DNA of 5,305 bases, taken from assembly GCA_016840465.1 (NCBI GenBank), contig JAEOSH010000079.1, forward strand, positions 1 through 5,305, given 5' to 3'. This document shows positions 4,759 to 5,305 of the stretch, in pieces. The notes below the pieces were generated by a model, which saw only the letters and a program-made list of their open reading frames with translations, ran no database searches and had not been told where the DNA came from. This DNA comes from Candidatus Baldrarchaeum yapensis (GTDB lineage: Archaea > Asgardarchaeota > Baldrarchaeia > Baldrarchaeales > Baldrarchaeaceae). Both the position numbers and the translations under genes were made by a program. The number at the start of each line of letters is the position of its first letter. Position 1 is the stretch's first letter.

Positions 4759-5305
4759 TCCTCCAACGGATCTCAGAGAGAGCATTGGAGGAGATACTGA
4801 AGCACATCAAGCACTCGAAAAGGGGAAGCTCCATCTGAGGTTTGGCAAGGAAGAAAGGAAGAAGTTGAGGGACGGACTTCTCAAAGATTGGAAGTACGCA
4901 AAACACTACGTAGATTCTGCAATAAACTCCGTTATCGGGCTGGTAAAGGGATGGATTTCCCTCTACAATGGGGGTAGAGCAAAATCCGAACCGGAGATAA
5001 CCAGAAAGACCGTATACGTGAAAACAACGCTCTTTTCAGTGAAGAATGGGAAGATTAAGATCACGATTGTGCCCCGAAAGCGGTACCTCGAAATCGACCT
5101 GACCCGATTTGACTATTTGCCGAAAGACCACGATGCCATCGACGGGTTGTTACTAACAGAGGATTGTTTGATAATAACGTTCAAGAGAAAGGTGGAGTTA
5201 GTAGAGCCGAAAGATTATGCGGCGTTCGACGTGAACCTCAAAAATATCACGGGATTTATCAATGGGAAAATCGTGAAATACGATCTTAGGGAGTTGTATC
5301 ACATC
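4715..5305 (+). CDS. tnpB: TnpB (IS605 OrfB/IS607-type RNA-guided nuclease), N-terminal 197 codons, runs off the window
   Basis: Translated by hand in frame 2 from TTG 4715, with SD GGAGGTG at 4698-4704 and no stop to 5305: LKAEAIKAYRVPI...KLHLRFGKEERKKLRD...WKYAKHYVDSAINSV...PEITRKTVYVK...GLLLTED.LIITFKRKVE...YAAFDVNLKNIT...YDLRELYHI. AFDVN fits the RuvC-I motif, with the acidic residue intact (GAC 5228-5230, D172). Confidence 0.88.
   Translation, partial: MKAEAIKAYRVPIDNPPTDLRESIGGDTEAHQALEKGKLHLRFGKEERKKLRDGLLKDWKYAKHYVDSAINSVIGLVKGWISLYNGGRAKSEPEITRKTVYVKTTLFSVKNGKIKITIVPRKRYLEIDLTRFDYLPKDHDAIDGLLLTEDCLIITFKRKVELVEPKDYAAFDVNLKNITGFINGKIVKYDLRELYHI

Larger units (their letters stand above)
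4502..5305 (+). mobile_element. Left part of an IS607-like/IS605-like TnpB element (HTH gene plus tnpB); left boundary uncertain within ~4502-4520
   Basis: Seen: promoter, HTH ORF and overlapping TnpB ORF. GG dinucleotides at 4502-3, 4513-4 and 4519-20 are candidate junctions. Established: IS607 elements recombine at a GG dinucleotide and encode an N-terminal MerR-like HTH on TnpA. Confidence 0.75.

Noticed and set aside
4480-4906. Minus-strand ORFs 4480-4785, 4509-4766 and 4661-4906
   Set aside because: Antisense to the HTH and tnpB genes; no recognisable features.
5216-5245. Possibility that this TnpB is nuclease-dead (TldR-like)
   Set aside because: The RuvC-I Asp (5228-5230) is intact; the other catalytic residues lie outside the window, so no claim can be made.
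1-5305. CRISPR array, tRNA or rRNA
   Set aside because: No regularly spaced 24-47-nt repeats, cloverleaf or rRNA-like sequence seen; the GC-rich start is better explained by a TnpB-element end.

Overview
Archaeal-looking genomic window (TATA/BRE-like promoters, GGTGA/GAGGGG-type Shine-Dalgarno sites, TTG starts). It is bracketed by two same-strand TnpB-type (IS200/IS605/IS607 superfamily) mobile elements. The left edge (1-~137) is a 77% GC, hairpin-rich stretch that looks like the 3' tail, omega-RNA and right end of one element. The right edge (~4502-5305) is the left end of a second element, encoding a ~66-aa MerR/excisionase-type HTH protein with no recombinase domain that overlaps a TnpB ORF running off the window; the supplied ORF track misses this ORF. 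Between them lie decayed fragments (a membrane-protein ORF remnant, a 5'-truncated PIN/VapC gene, an unassigned ORF) and four intact-looking genes: a retropepsin-like aspartic protease, a DUF4405-like membrane protein, a DUF763-family protein and a DUF3786-family protein. The most interesting observations concern the TnpB elements: an HTH-only partner gene, 9-bp-phased end repeats over its promoter, an apparently compensated double frameshift in TnpB, and a structured RNA with alternative stems. I see no firm evidence of a wholly new system. All family assignments are from motif recognition and memory, not database searches.
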